Of a stretch of DNA of 64,000 bases, positions 1 to 8,495 are shown piece by piece (positions within the stretch are counted from its first letter, which is position 1; each line of letters starts with the position of its first letter). The stretch comes from an uncultured bacterium (GTDB taxonomy: Bacteria; Actinomycetota; Acidimicrobiia; Spongiisociales; UBA5794): assembly GCA_963801165.1 (NCBI GenBank), contig CAWDDT010000003.1:147350-211349 (forward strand), written 5' to 3'. Position numbers and translations under genes: made by a program. The notes beneath the pieces are model-generated. The model worked only from the letters and a program-made list of their open reading frames with translations, did not search any database and was not told the DNA's origin.

Positions 1-47
1 GGTGGGGCGTTGTATCCGACGCTGCCGTCGCTTTGTCCCCCGCCCGG

Positions 48-100
48 GTCTCGACTACTCTCGTCGTCGCTGGTATAGTCTCATTGAGAATAGTAGAGAC
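48..100 (+). promoter_or_regulatory. Putative modA promoter (TCGACT-17-TATAGT) bracketed by an imperfect 15-bp inverted repeat
   Basis: TCGACT at 51-56 and TATAGT at 74-79. Arms GTCTCGACTACTCTC (48-62) and GAGAATAGTAGAGAC (86-100) pair at 13/15 positions. Confidence 0.45.
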
Positions 101-102
101 AC

Positions 103-888
103 ATGAGAGTGCTCGGATTGATCGCGGCCACAGCGTTGCTGCTGGCAGCGTGCGGTGATCCGGGTGCAACAACCGCTCTCAGTTCCTCGACGACCGCATT
201 GGCATCGGGGTTGGATGGAGAGCTGCTGGTGTCGGCGGCAGCGTCCTTGACCGACGCGTTTGCCGATATCGAGACGGCTTTCGAGCATGCCAATCCCGGT
301 GTCGATGTGGTTCTGAACCTCGGTGGTAGCTCGTCGTTGCGCGAGCAGATCCTCGAGGGTGCCCCCGCCGACGTGTTTGCTTCTGCCAACATGGCCAACA
401 TGGACGATGTGCGTACGGCAGGCGAGGTTGCAACGGAGCCCCGAGTGTTCGCCACGAACCTGCTGCAGATTGCAGTTCCAGCAGGTAATCCTGGCGGGGT
501 GACCGGTCTCGAGGATTTCGGCCGGGGAGATCTGCTGATCGGTCTCTGCGCCGAGGGAGTGCCGTGCGGCGACTTCGCCCGGGAGGCGCTGCGCAAAGCA
601 GGAGTGGATCCCGCCGTCGACACCAACGAGCCGGATGTGCGGGCGCTGCTCACCAAGATAGAGATCGGCGAGCTCGACGCCGGCATCACCTATGTCACCG
701 ACGTCGTGACCAGCGGCGGTGCGGTCGAAGGGATCGAGATACCCGCAGAGCAAAACGTTACGGCCGACTATCCGATCGCGGTCCTGGCCAAAGCGCCCAA
801 CCCGGTTGTCGCCGAAAGATTCGTGGCCTTCGTCCTCTCCGCGGAGGGGCAGGCCATCCTGGCACAATACGGTTTCGCCTCGCCTTGA
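103..888 (+). CDS. modA: Molybdate ABC transporter substrate-binding lipoprotein
   Basis: Lipobox LLAAC, then AAASL, GGSSSL, ADVFASAN, VPCG and DAGITYVTD motifs typical of ModA. Confidence 0.95.
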   Translation: MRVLGLIAATALLLAACGDPGATTALSSSTTALASGLDGELLVSAAASLTDAFADIETAFEHANPGVDVVLNLGGSSSLREQILEGAPADVFASANMANMDDVRTAGEVATEPRVFATNLLQIAVPAGNPGGVTGLEDFGRGDLLIGLCAEGVPCGDFAREALRKAGVDPAVDTNEPDVRALLTKIEIGELDAGITYVTDVVTSGGAVEGIEIPAEQNVTADYPIAVLAKAPNPVVAERFVAFVLSAEGQAILAQYGFASP

Positions 889-1697
889 GGGACCGACCGG
901 CCGGGAGGCACACCGCGGCTGGCCGGCCCCCGGCGCTCTTGATAGCGCTGGCGTGTCTTGGATTCGCTTTGTTCGTTGTTCCCTTCATCGGGCTGCTCGG
1001 CCGGGTTCCCTGGTCGGAGCTCCCCGGTTTGCTAACCAGCCCGACCGCAACCGACGCTCTCCGGCTCTCAATCGTCTCGTCGCTGGCGGCGACGGCAATC
1101 GCCCTGGTGCTGGGAGTTCCGTTGGCTTGGCTGCTCGCCCGGGTCGAGTTCCCCGGCCGTGCCCTGGTACGCGGGATCGTCACTCTGCCGCTCGTGCTCC
1201 CCCCGGTGGTCGGCGGCGCAGTGCTGTTGTTCGCTCTCGGCCGCCGCGGGATGGTCGGAGGGCCTCTCTATCGGGCGACCGGGCTGCTGCTGCCGTTCTC
1301 GACGGCGGGAGTCGTCCTCGCCACGACGTTCGTGGCGATGCCGTTTCTGGTAATCACGGTCGAGGGTGCGCTCCGTAACATGGATCGTCGGTACGAGGGT
1401 GCTGCCGCCTCACTCGGCGCGGGTCGGTGGACCGTGATGCGCCGGGTGACACTGCCCATGGTCGCCCCCTCGCTGGTGGCGGGCATGGTCCTCACGTGGG
1501 CCCGGGCATTTGGCGAATTCGGAGCAACGATCACGTTTGCGGGCAATCTCCAGGGAAGGACGCAGACACTCCCGCTGGCGGTATACGTCGCGTTGGAGAG
1601 CGATCGTGACACGGCGGTGGCCATCAGCCTTCTCATGGTTGCCGTGTCCCTGGCCGTGCTCGTCTCTCTGCGTGACTGGTGGGGGAGGTCGATATGA
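885..1697 (+). CDS. modB: Molybdate ABC transporter permease
   Basis: LPLVLPPVVGG, EAA-like loop and WARAFGEFGATITFAGN. Probable TTG start overlapping the modA stop (TTGA). Confidence 0.93.
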   Translation: MRDRPAGRHTAAGRPPALLIALACLGFALFVVPFIGLLGRVPWSELPGLLTSPTATDALRLSIVSSLAATAIALVLGVPLAWLLARVEFPGRALVRGIVTLPLVLPPVVGGAVLLFALGRRGMVGGPLYRATGLLLPFSTAGVVLATTFVAMPFLVITVEGALRNMDRRYEGAAASLGAGRWTVMRRVTLPMVAPSLVAGMVLTWARAFGEFGATITFAGNLQGRTQTLPLAVYVALESDRDTAVAISLLMVAVSLAVLVSLRDWWGRSI

Positions 1698-2761
1698 CCG
1701 ACTCGGGGCTGTGCGTCGATGTCACTGTGCGCCGGTCGGACGACTTCGAGTTGTCGATCAACATGACGATTCCCCCCGACAGGACGACGGCGCTGCTCGG
1801 TCCCAACGGCTCGGGCAAGTCCACGGTTGTTGCCGCCATCGCCGGGCTTCTTGCGGTGGACCGGGGGCGGATCACTCTCGACGGTGCGATCCTCGACGAT
1901 CCCGGCCAGGGTGTGTTCGTGCCGGCCGAAGCGAGGCGGGTGGGAGTCGTCTTCCAGGATTACCTGTTGTTCCGTCATCTCAGCGTTCTCGACAACGTCG
2001 CGTTCGGTCTTCGCAGCAGTGGCGTCGCTCGCGACGAGTCCACAGCACGAGCTCGCGAGTGGCTGGGGCGGCTGGGGCTCGATGGTGTCGAGACGCGGCG
2101 GCCGACCGACCTGTCCGGCGGTCAGGCACAACGGGTGGCTCTCGCCCGCGCCCTGGCCATCGAGCCCGACGTCCTGCTGCTCGACGAGCCGCTGGCCGCA
2201 CTCGACGTCACCACTCGTACCGAGCTACGCCATAGCCTAGAGGAGCATCTGCACTCATTCGGGGGCCCGAGGCTGCTCATCACACATGACCCGACCGAGG
2301 CGTTTCTCCTCACGGACGACATCCACATCATCGAGCAGGGCGCCATCACCCAGAGCGGGTCCGCCGACGAGATCCGGCTTCGTCCTCGCACCCGCTATGC
2401 CGCCGACCTGGCGGGCTCCAACCTGATTGCGGGCACTGCCGCTGCCGGTGTGGTTGACACCGGGACGCAAACCATCCAGATCGCCGACGACACGATCGCA
2501 GGCCCGGTTCTCGTCACCATCCACCCGACCGCGATATCCCTCTACCAGCATCAACCAGAGGGCAGCCCTCGCAACAGTTGGCGAACGACAGTCGAGCGAG
2601 TCGAGCAACTCGGGGTTCGCGTCCGGCTTCGCACCGGGCCACCACTACCACTGACCATCGAGGTGACCGAAATGGCTCGGGCCGAACTGGGTCTGGAGCG
2701 CGGGGGGAACATCTGGGTGGCGTTCAAGGCCACCGAGCTCGGAGTCCAACCGGGGCGGTGA
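1694..2761 (+). CDS. modC: Molybdate ABC transporter ATP-binding protein with C-terminal TOBE domain
   Basis: GPNGSGKS, LSGGQ, LLLDEP and a GSPRN/TOBE tail. ATGA overlap with modB. Confidence 0.92.
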   Translation: MTDSGLCVDVTVRRSDDFELSINMTIPPDRTTALLGPNGSGKSTVVAAIAGLLAVDRGRITLDGAILDDPGQGVFVPAEARRVGVVFQDYLLFRHLSVLDNVAFGLRSSGVARDESTARAREWLGRLGLDGVETRRPTDLSGGQAQRVALARALAIEPDVLLLDEPLAALDVTTRTELRHSLEEHLHSFGGPRLLITHDPTEAFLLTDDIHIIEQGAITQSGSADEIRLRPRTRYAADLAGSNLIAGTAAAGVVDTGTQTIQIADDTIAGPVLVTIHPTAISLYQHQPEGSPRNSWRTTVERVEQLGVRVRLRTGPPLPLTIEVTEMARAELGLERGGNIWVAFKATELGVQPGR

Positions 2762-2782
2762 ACATTCCGTCACCACCGGCCA

Positions 2783-2812
2783 CTGTCATGTGATATAAAT
2801 ATCACATGACAG
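2783..2812. promoter_or_regulatory. Perfect 14-2-14 palindrome, probable ArsR autoregulatory operator
   Basis: CTGTCATGTGATAT-AA-ATATCACATGACAG overlaps the ATG at 2806. Confidence 0.8.
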
Positions 2813-3618
2813 CATCTAACGCCGACGCCGAACCGGGTGATCCGGCCCCGGCCGAACAGGATCTGTGGAGGGCTCTCTCCAATCCGGTGCGACGCCGGAT
2901 GCTCGATCTGCTCGGCGGAGGCCCGATGACCACGGGAGAGCTGGTTGCAGCGACCCCCGGCCTCAGCAGGTTCGCCGTCATGCAGCATCTTGGCGTCCTC
3001 GAGGCCGCCGGGCTGGTGCTGGTGCGGCGCCGGGGGCGCTACCGGTACAACTACCTGGACCCAGTTCCGCTCCGGCGGTGGTACGAGCGGTGGGTGACAC
3101 CGTTCGCGGATGGGGCTGCTGCCGAGATGCTCAGCTTGCAGCGACGAGTCGAAGGAGAGGAAGCCATGACTGCACTGTCCGACGAGATGAGGACCGTTCG
3201 CATCGAGACGGAGCTCCGATTTCGCGCAACCCCGGATCGAGTGTTTCACGCACTGACCGAGGAGACCCTCGAGTGGTTCCCGTTCACATACGGCGAGGAC
3301 CGGGTAAAGGCTGTGGTCGTCGAGCCGCGAGTCGGGGGAGCGCTCTACGAGGACTGGGGCGACGGTATGGGCTACCTGTACGGTCATATCACCGTGTACG
3401 ACCGGCCTCATAGATACGCCAGCCGCGGCCGGATCATGGCAGGGACGATCCTCGACAGCGACTATGTCCTCGAATCGGATGGAGACGGGACGGTGGTGAA
3501 GATGTCCAAGGTCGCGGTCGGTCCCATGACCGAGGAGGAGGCGGCCTCGATTATCACGTACGGAGATCTGGCACGGTTCGAGGAGCCGCTGCGCAAGCTG
3601 GTGGAGGAGGGCAGTTGA
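2806..3618 (+). CDS. ArsR-family HTH regulator fused to an SRPBCC/AHSA1 ligand-binding domain
   Basis: N-terminal ALSNPVRRRMLDLL...HLGVLEAAGLV...GRYRYN; C-terminal ATPDRVFHALT...EPRVGG. Confidence 0.85.
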   Translation: MTASNADAEPGDPAPAEQDLWRALSNPVRRRMLDLLGGGPMTTGELVAATPGLSRFAVMQHLGVLEAAGLVLVRRRGRYRYNYLDPVPLRRWYERWVTPFADGAAAEMLSLQRRVEGEEAMTALSDEMRTVRIETELRFRATPDRVFHALTEETLEWFPFTYGEDRVKAVVVEPRVGGALYEDWGDGMGYLYGHITVYDRPHRYASRGRIMAGTILDSDYVLESDGDGTVVKMSKVAVGPMTEEEAASIITYGDLARFEEPLRKLVEEGS

Positions 3619-4097
3619 CGGCAAGCGACCCGCACATTCTCGAAGCCGACCACGCCCCGACTCCCTTCACCGCGGCGGAGATCCGCCGCGGCTGCCCCCC
3701 GGGGAGGCGGATCAGGCTCTTTGTCGAGCAAGCGGGTGGGGACGCCCGCTACCGGCTCAGCCGGTTCCTGTCCTGCGATGCCGACGGAGCCACACTGGAG
3801 GTGCGGCGCACCAATCTCGAGGGCGCGATCATCGAGCCGGCCTCGACGGTGCGTACCACCTGGCGGGAGTTGCAAGGGCATGCGTCCTTTCCTGCATCCG
3901 TCACCGTGATACGGCGCGAGATGATCGCGACTCCCCTGGGCACGTCCGACTGTCTGTGCTACCAGGTGGATCGCGGCGACAGCGTCGAGCGGTTCTGGTT
4001 CGACACCTCCCGGCCCGGTATGCCGATCCGATTCACGCATGAGGAGAACGGGTCGGTGCTCACCTCCACCACCATGGTCGAAGACACGTTCGAATAG
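3615..4097 (+). CDS. Hypothetical protein, translationally coupled to the ArsR-SRPBCC gene
   Basis: TTG start overlapping the upstream stop; 160 aa with host-like codon usage. Confidence 0.7.
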   Translation: MTASDPHILEADHAPTPFTAAEIRRGCPPGRRIRLFVEQAGGDARYRLSRFLSCDADGATLEVRRTNLEGAIIEPASTVRTTWRELQGHASFPASVTVIRREMIATPLGTSDCLCYQVDRGDSVERFWFDTSRPGMPIRFTHEENGSVLTSTTMVEDTFE

Positions 4098-4268
4098 CCG
4101 CCGCCCAGGCTCGTGAACGGCATGAACGACGACCGGCAGGAGGTCGTGGGAGTGGGTTAGCGGCCGGTGGTGCGCCCCCGTTCTATGATGCGGGCGTCGT
4201 GGTTTCCCGAGGCGGTGGGGAGTGTGTTTGCAAACCGGACGTGGGACGCGTTGTCCTGGTCCTGAGGT

Positions 4269-6032
4269 GTGTCTGTGACCACCGATGGATGGTTGACCCT
4301 CCTCGTGCTCGTAGCGACCCTCGGGCTGCTGGCGTGGAACCGAATGCCACCGCCCGCAGTGGTCCTCAGCGCGACGATTGCGCTCCTGGTCACCGAAGTC
4401 ATCGATTCGTCCCAGGCATTCTCCGGGTTCTCTAACCCGGCGCCGATCACCGTGGCCGCTCTCTACGTGTTGGCCGCGGCGGCACAGAAGACGGGTCTAC
4501 TGGTTCCGGTTACGTCCCGACTGCTCGGGTCGGGGAAGACCCGTGGAACGCTGGCTCGCCTGCTCCTGCCTGCCGCCGGTGCGTCGGCGTTTCTCAACAA
4601 CACTCCGCTTGTGGCGATCCTCATGCCGGACGTGATCGGCTGGGCACGTCGACACGGTCTGTCCGCTTCCCGGTTTCTGTTGCCGCTCTCGTATGCCGCC
4701 ATCCTTGGAGGCACCCTGACGCTGCTCGGGACCTCGACGAACCTGGTTGTGTCCGGCCTGCTCCAGGAACGAGGGCAGGAGCCGTTCGGGCTGTTCGAGA
4801 TCACCCGGATCGGGGGCCCGGTGGTTGTCGTCGGGTTGGCGTTGCTGCTGGTCACCGCCAAGCTATTGCCGGAGCGTCGCAGCGTCGCAGAGCAGGCCGC
4901 CGCGGAAGTGCGGGAGTTCACCGTCGACATGAGCGTCGTCTCCGCCGGGCCGGTTGACGGCAGCACCGTGACCGGAGCGGGGCTCAGGGATCTGAACGGC
5001 GTCTATCTGGTCCAGATCGATCGTGCCGGTCGAATCATCACGCCCGTCAACCCCGAGGAGGTTCTCCGTGGCGGTGACCGGCTGACGTTCGCCGGCGATG
5101 TGTCCCAGGTCGTCGACTTGCAGCGGATGCGCGGGTTGCGCTCCGCCGAGGAGGAGCATCTGCTCGAGGTGGACGGTCCCGGGCACACATTCTTTGAAGC
5201 CGTGATTGGCAGGTCCTCACCACTTTCGGGCCGGACGCTCAAAGAGGTGGATTTTCGTCGCCGTCACGCTGCCGCGGTCGTGGCAATTCACCGGGACGGA
5301 CATCGCGTCGCCGAGAAGTTGGGCCAGATACAACTTCGGCCCGGCGACACGATGCTCTTGGTGGCCGACCTGCGCTTTGAGCGGCAGTGGCGCCACAGCC
5401 ATGACTTCCTCCTCGCCACCAGGCTTGGCGGGCCGCCGCCCTCGGCAACCAGAAAAGCACCGCTGGTGGGTGTGATCGCCGTCGCGATGATCCTGCTGGC
5501 CGCGTTCAACATCCTCCCTATTCTCGAGGGGGCGCTCCTGGCTGCCGGGTTGCTGGTCATCACCCAGACGCTCAGCATGGCGGAAGCCCGGGATGCGATC
5601 GATCTGAACGTGATCGTGCTCATCGGCGCTGCGTTTGGCTTGGGCGCTGCGGTCGACAGCACCGGCCTCGCCGGGCAAGTCGCCTCGGGGTTCGTTTCCG
5701 CCCTGGACATGTTCGGTCGCGCGGGAATCGTGCTCGGTGTAGTCGCAGCCACCTTGCTGCTCACCGAGGTTGTCACAAACAACGCCGCAGCCGTAGTGGT
5801 ACTCCCGATCGCTCTCAACATCGCCGCCACCGCCGGCATTGACCCGCGGTCGATGGCCATGGCAGTGGCCGTCGCCGCCTCCGCATCGTTCCTAACGCCG
5901 ATCGGGTACCAGACCAACACCATGGTCTACGGCCCCGGTGGGTACCGATTCACCGACTATCTCCGTGTTGGAGCCCCTATGACCCTGGCGGTACTGGTCA
6001 CGATCACCACGGTGGTGGTAACGACGGGCTGA
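4269..6032 (+). CDS. SLC13/DASS-family anion permease with two TrkA-C domains
   Basis: AFSGFSNPA, SAFLNNTP, GTSTNL, TNNAAA and TPIGYQTNTMVYGPGGYRFTDY, with a soluble TrkA-C insert. Confidence 0.9.
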   Translation: MSVTTDGWLTLLVLVATLGLLAWNRMPPPAVVLSATIALLVTEVIDSSQAFSGFSNPAPITVAALYVLAAAAQKTGLLVPVTSRLLGSGKTRGTLARLLLPAAGASAFLNNTPLVAILMPDVIGWARRHGLSASRFLLPLSYAAILGGTLTLLGTSTNLVVSGLLQERGQEPFGLFEITRIGGPVVVVGLALLLVTAKLLPERRSVAEQAAAEVREFTVDMSVVSAGPVDGSTVTGAGLRDLNGVYLVQIDRAGRIITPVNPEEVLRGGDRLTFAGDVSQVVDLQRMRGLRSAEEEHLLEVDGPGHTFFEAVIGRSSPLSGRTLKEVDFRRRHAAAVVAIHRDGHRVAEKLGQIQLRPGDTMLLVADLRFERQWRHSHDFLLATRLGGPPPSATRKAPLVGVIAVAMILLAAFNILPILEGALLAAGLLVITQTLSMAEARDAIDLNVIVLIGAAFGLGAAVDSTGLAGQVASGFVSALDMFGRAGIVLGVVAATLLLTEVVTNNAAAVVVLPIALNIAATAGIDPRSMAMAVAVAASASFLTPIGYQTNTMVYGPGGYRFTDYLRVGAPMTLAVLVTITTVVVTTG

Positions 6033-6123
6033 TCACTCTTGGGGGTCCTCTGAAGATGGTGATCACAGAGCGGCGTCGACGCAAAGGTGCACCGGGGTCC
6101 GATCACATCTCGACCAAACTCCC

Positions 6124-6169
6124 TTGACCCTATGTACCTATAGTACTAGTGTCCTAGCACTATAGAACA
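6124..6169 (+). promoter_or_regulatory. Promoter TTGACC-17-TAGTGT overlapped by a long YtrA-type inverted repeat
   Basis: Arms CTATAGTACTAG and CTAGCACTATAG (11/12 match) flanked by TGT...ACA, directly upstream of the GntR gene. Confidence 0.7.
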
Positions 6170-6174
6170 AAGGA

Positions 6175-6567
6175 GTGCGTGTGATCGAGTTCTGGCTTGA
6201 TAGCCGTTCCGGGGTGGCGCCCTACCTCCAGGTGGTCCAGCAGGTCCGTCACGCTTTCCGCCTCGGCCTATTGCGTGAGGGAGACCAGCTGCCCACTGTG
6301 AAGGACGTAGTCGCGTCGCTGGCGATAAACCCCAACACTGTTCTCAAGGCATATCGGGAACTCGAGCATCAAGGTCTGGTCGAGCCACGTCCCGGTGTCG
6401 GCACCTTCGTGACCCGCTCGTTGCCGGACGGGGTCATCGAGGCCTACGTCCCGCTGCGCAGGGAGCTGGAGGTGTGGCTGGCCAAGGCGCGTCGGGCCGG
6501 TCTCGATGACGAGAGCATCGAGGCGTTGGTGGCCAGTACGTTTCGGGCCGAGCAGGACGTAGCGTGA
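6175..6567 (+). CDS. GntR-family regulator, YtrA subfamily
   Basis: PYLQVVQQV...GDQLPTVKDV...INPNTVLKAYRELE...GVGTFV, short C-terminus, followed by ABC genes. Confidence 0.92.
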   Translation: MRVIEFWLDSRSGVAPYLQVVQQVRHAFRLGLLREGDQLPTVKDVVASLAINPNTVLKAYRELEHQGLVEPRPGVGTFVTRSLPDGVIEAYVPLRRELEVWLAKARRAGLDDESIEALVASTFRAEQDVA

Positions 6568-7454
6568 CCGCGATTCTCGAGGCACGAGGTCTCGGCAAGC
6601 GGTATGGACGTCGTTGGGCGTTGCGGGACTGCAACGTCGATATTCCACCCGGGCACGTAACCGGTCTCGTCGGGCCTAACGGTGCGGGCAAGACGACCTT
6701 GCTCCATTTGGCGACCGGCATCCTCAGCCCGACAGCCGGCTCCATCGAGGTGTGCGGGCAGCGCCCGGCCGAGAGTGCGGAACAGCTCGCCAGGGTCGGG
6801 TTCGTGGCTCAGGACACTCCGCTCTACGCATCCCTCACTGTGGCCGACCATCTCGAGCTTGGTGCCCGGCTCAATCCGGGATGGGACGGTGCGCTGGCGC
6901 GACGGCGTGTCGCGGCGCTCGGACTCGACCCAACCCAGAAGGCGGGCAGGCTCTCGGGCGGCCAGAGAGCTCAGCTCGCCCTGACCCTGGGGCTTGCCAA
7001 GAGACCGGAATTGCTCATCCTCGACGAGCCGGTGGCGAGTCTCGACCCTTTGGCCCGCCGCGAATTTCTCCAGGGTCTGATGGAGGCGGTTGCCGAGAAT
7101 GAGATGAGCGTTGTGCTCTCTTCCCACGTGGTGTCGGACCTCGAGCGGGTGTGCGACCACATCGTGGTGCTGGTGGATTCCGAGGTCCGTATCGCCGGCG
7201 ACGTCGAGGACCTGCTCGACGCTCACTACCGCTTGGTCGGCCCCCGGCGATCGGAGCTTCGGTTGCCGTCGGATCAGAACCTGATCAACGCCAGCCATAC
7301 CGAACGCCAGAGCACGCTCATTGTGCGGACCGGGTCGCAAATCCTCGATCCCGCCTGGTCGGTGAGCCGCATCGGTCTCGAAGACATGGTCCTCGCCTAT
7401 ATGTCCCAAGCTGCGGACGTGCGGCGGGCGAGACCTCTGGAGGTAGCGCAATGA
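6564..7454 (+). CDS. ABC exporter ATP-binding protein
   Basis: GPNGAGKT, LSGGQ, LILDEP, SSH. Confidence 0.92.
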   Translation: MTAILEARGLGKRYGRRWALRDCNVDIPPGHVTGLVGPNGAGKTTLLHLATGILSPTAGSIEVCGQRPAESAEQLARVGFVAQDTPLYASLTVADHLELGARLNPGWDGALARRRVAALGLDPTQKAGRLSGGQRAQLALTLGLAKRPELLILDEPVASLDPLARREFLQGLMEAVAENEMSVVLSSHVVSDLERVCDHIVVLVDSEVRIAGDVEDLLDAHYRLVGPRRSELRLPSDQNLINASHTERQSTLIVRTGSQILDPAWSVSRIGLEDMVLAYMSQAADVRRARPLEVAQ

Positions 7455-8473
7455 CGTGGCTCACCTGGCGCCAGTTTCGCCTTCAAGCGGCCACCGGCAC
7501 CGTAGCCGCGGCGGCAATCGCGATCGTGGCCGCAGTGACGGGTCCGAAGTTGGCGGACCTCGCCGCAAGCAACAGCTCCGTATTCGATGCGCTCACCAAG
7601 ACCGATCGGACCCTCTTCTTCTCCGGGATCATCATCCTGGCCGTCGCACCGGCGCTGATCGGTGCCTTCTGGGGGGCGCCGATCGTCGCCCGCGAGCTCG
7701 AGACGGGAACCTACCGGTTGGCGTGGGGTCAATCCGTAACCCGGACCCGATGGCTGGCCAGCAAGCTTGCCATCACCACGCTCGCCGCCGCGTTGGCAGT
7801 GGGCGTTATGAGCCTTGCGGTCACCTGGTGGTCCAGCGCGATCGACGGTGCCGTCAGCACCACCCGAGGGTCGTTGCCGGATCGCATCACCCCGGTGACA
7901 TTTGCGATGCGCGGTATTGCACCGATCGGTTACACCGTGTTCGCAATCGCCCTCGGGGCCCTCGTGGGTGCCGTGCTCCGGCGGACCGTGCCGGCGATGG
8001 CGGTCACCATGGCCATCTACATAGCGGTCCAGATCGCAATGCCCTTGATGGTAAGGCCACACCTGCTGGCTCCGGTAACGACGACCGTCGCCTTCGACCG
8101 TGAGACCCTGGAGGGCATAACTCTTCGCAACGACGACAGCATCTTCGTGACGCTGCATCTCCCGGACCGAGGTAATTGGGTTCTGGTGAACGAGACGCTC
8201 GGCCCCGGCGGCGAGCCGGCGCCGCTCCCGCAGTGGTTTGAGGATTGCTTGCCACCGCCCGACGGTGGGCTGCCTGGGGTAGCTCGAGCCAACGCCGTCG
8301 GCAAGGACACGTGCCTGACCGAACTAACCGACGCCGGCTACCGGCAGCGGGTTGTCTACCAACCCGCGAGCCGCTTCTGGCCGTTGCAGTGGGTGGAAAC
8401 CGGCGTCTATCTGGCTATGTCCTCGATCCTCGCCGCGCTGTGTCTGTGGTGGGTGCGGCGCCGGCTGACTTGA
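7451..8473 (+). CDS. ABC-2 type permease
   Basis: MTWLTWRQFR start at an ATGA overlap; GAPIVARELETGT; YQPASRFWPLQWVE; several TM segments. Confidence 0.88.
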   Translation: MTWLTWRQFRLQAATGTVAAAAIAIVAAVTGPKLADLAASNSSVFDALTKTDRTLFFSGIIILAVAPALIGAFWGAPIVARELETGTYRLAWGQSVTRTRWLASKLAITTLAAALAVGVMSLAVTWWSSAIDGAVSTTRGSLPDRITPVTFAMRGIAPIGYTVFAIALGALVGAVLRRTVPAMAVTMAIYIAVQIAMPLMVRPHLLAPVTTTVAFDRETLEGITLRNDDSIFVTLHLPDRGNWVLVNETLGPGGEPAPLPQWFEDCLPPPDGGLPGVARANAVGKDTCLTELTDAGYRQRVVYQPASRFWPLQWVETGVYLAMSSILAALCLWWVRRRLT

Positions 8474-8495
8474 GCGTCGTTGCAGACCGCATCGA

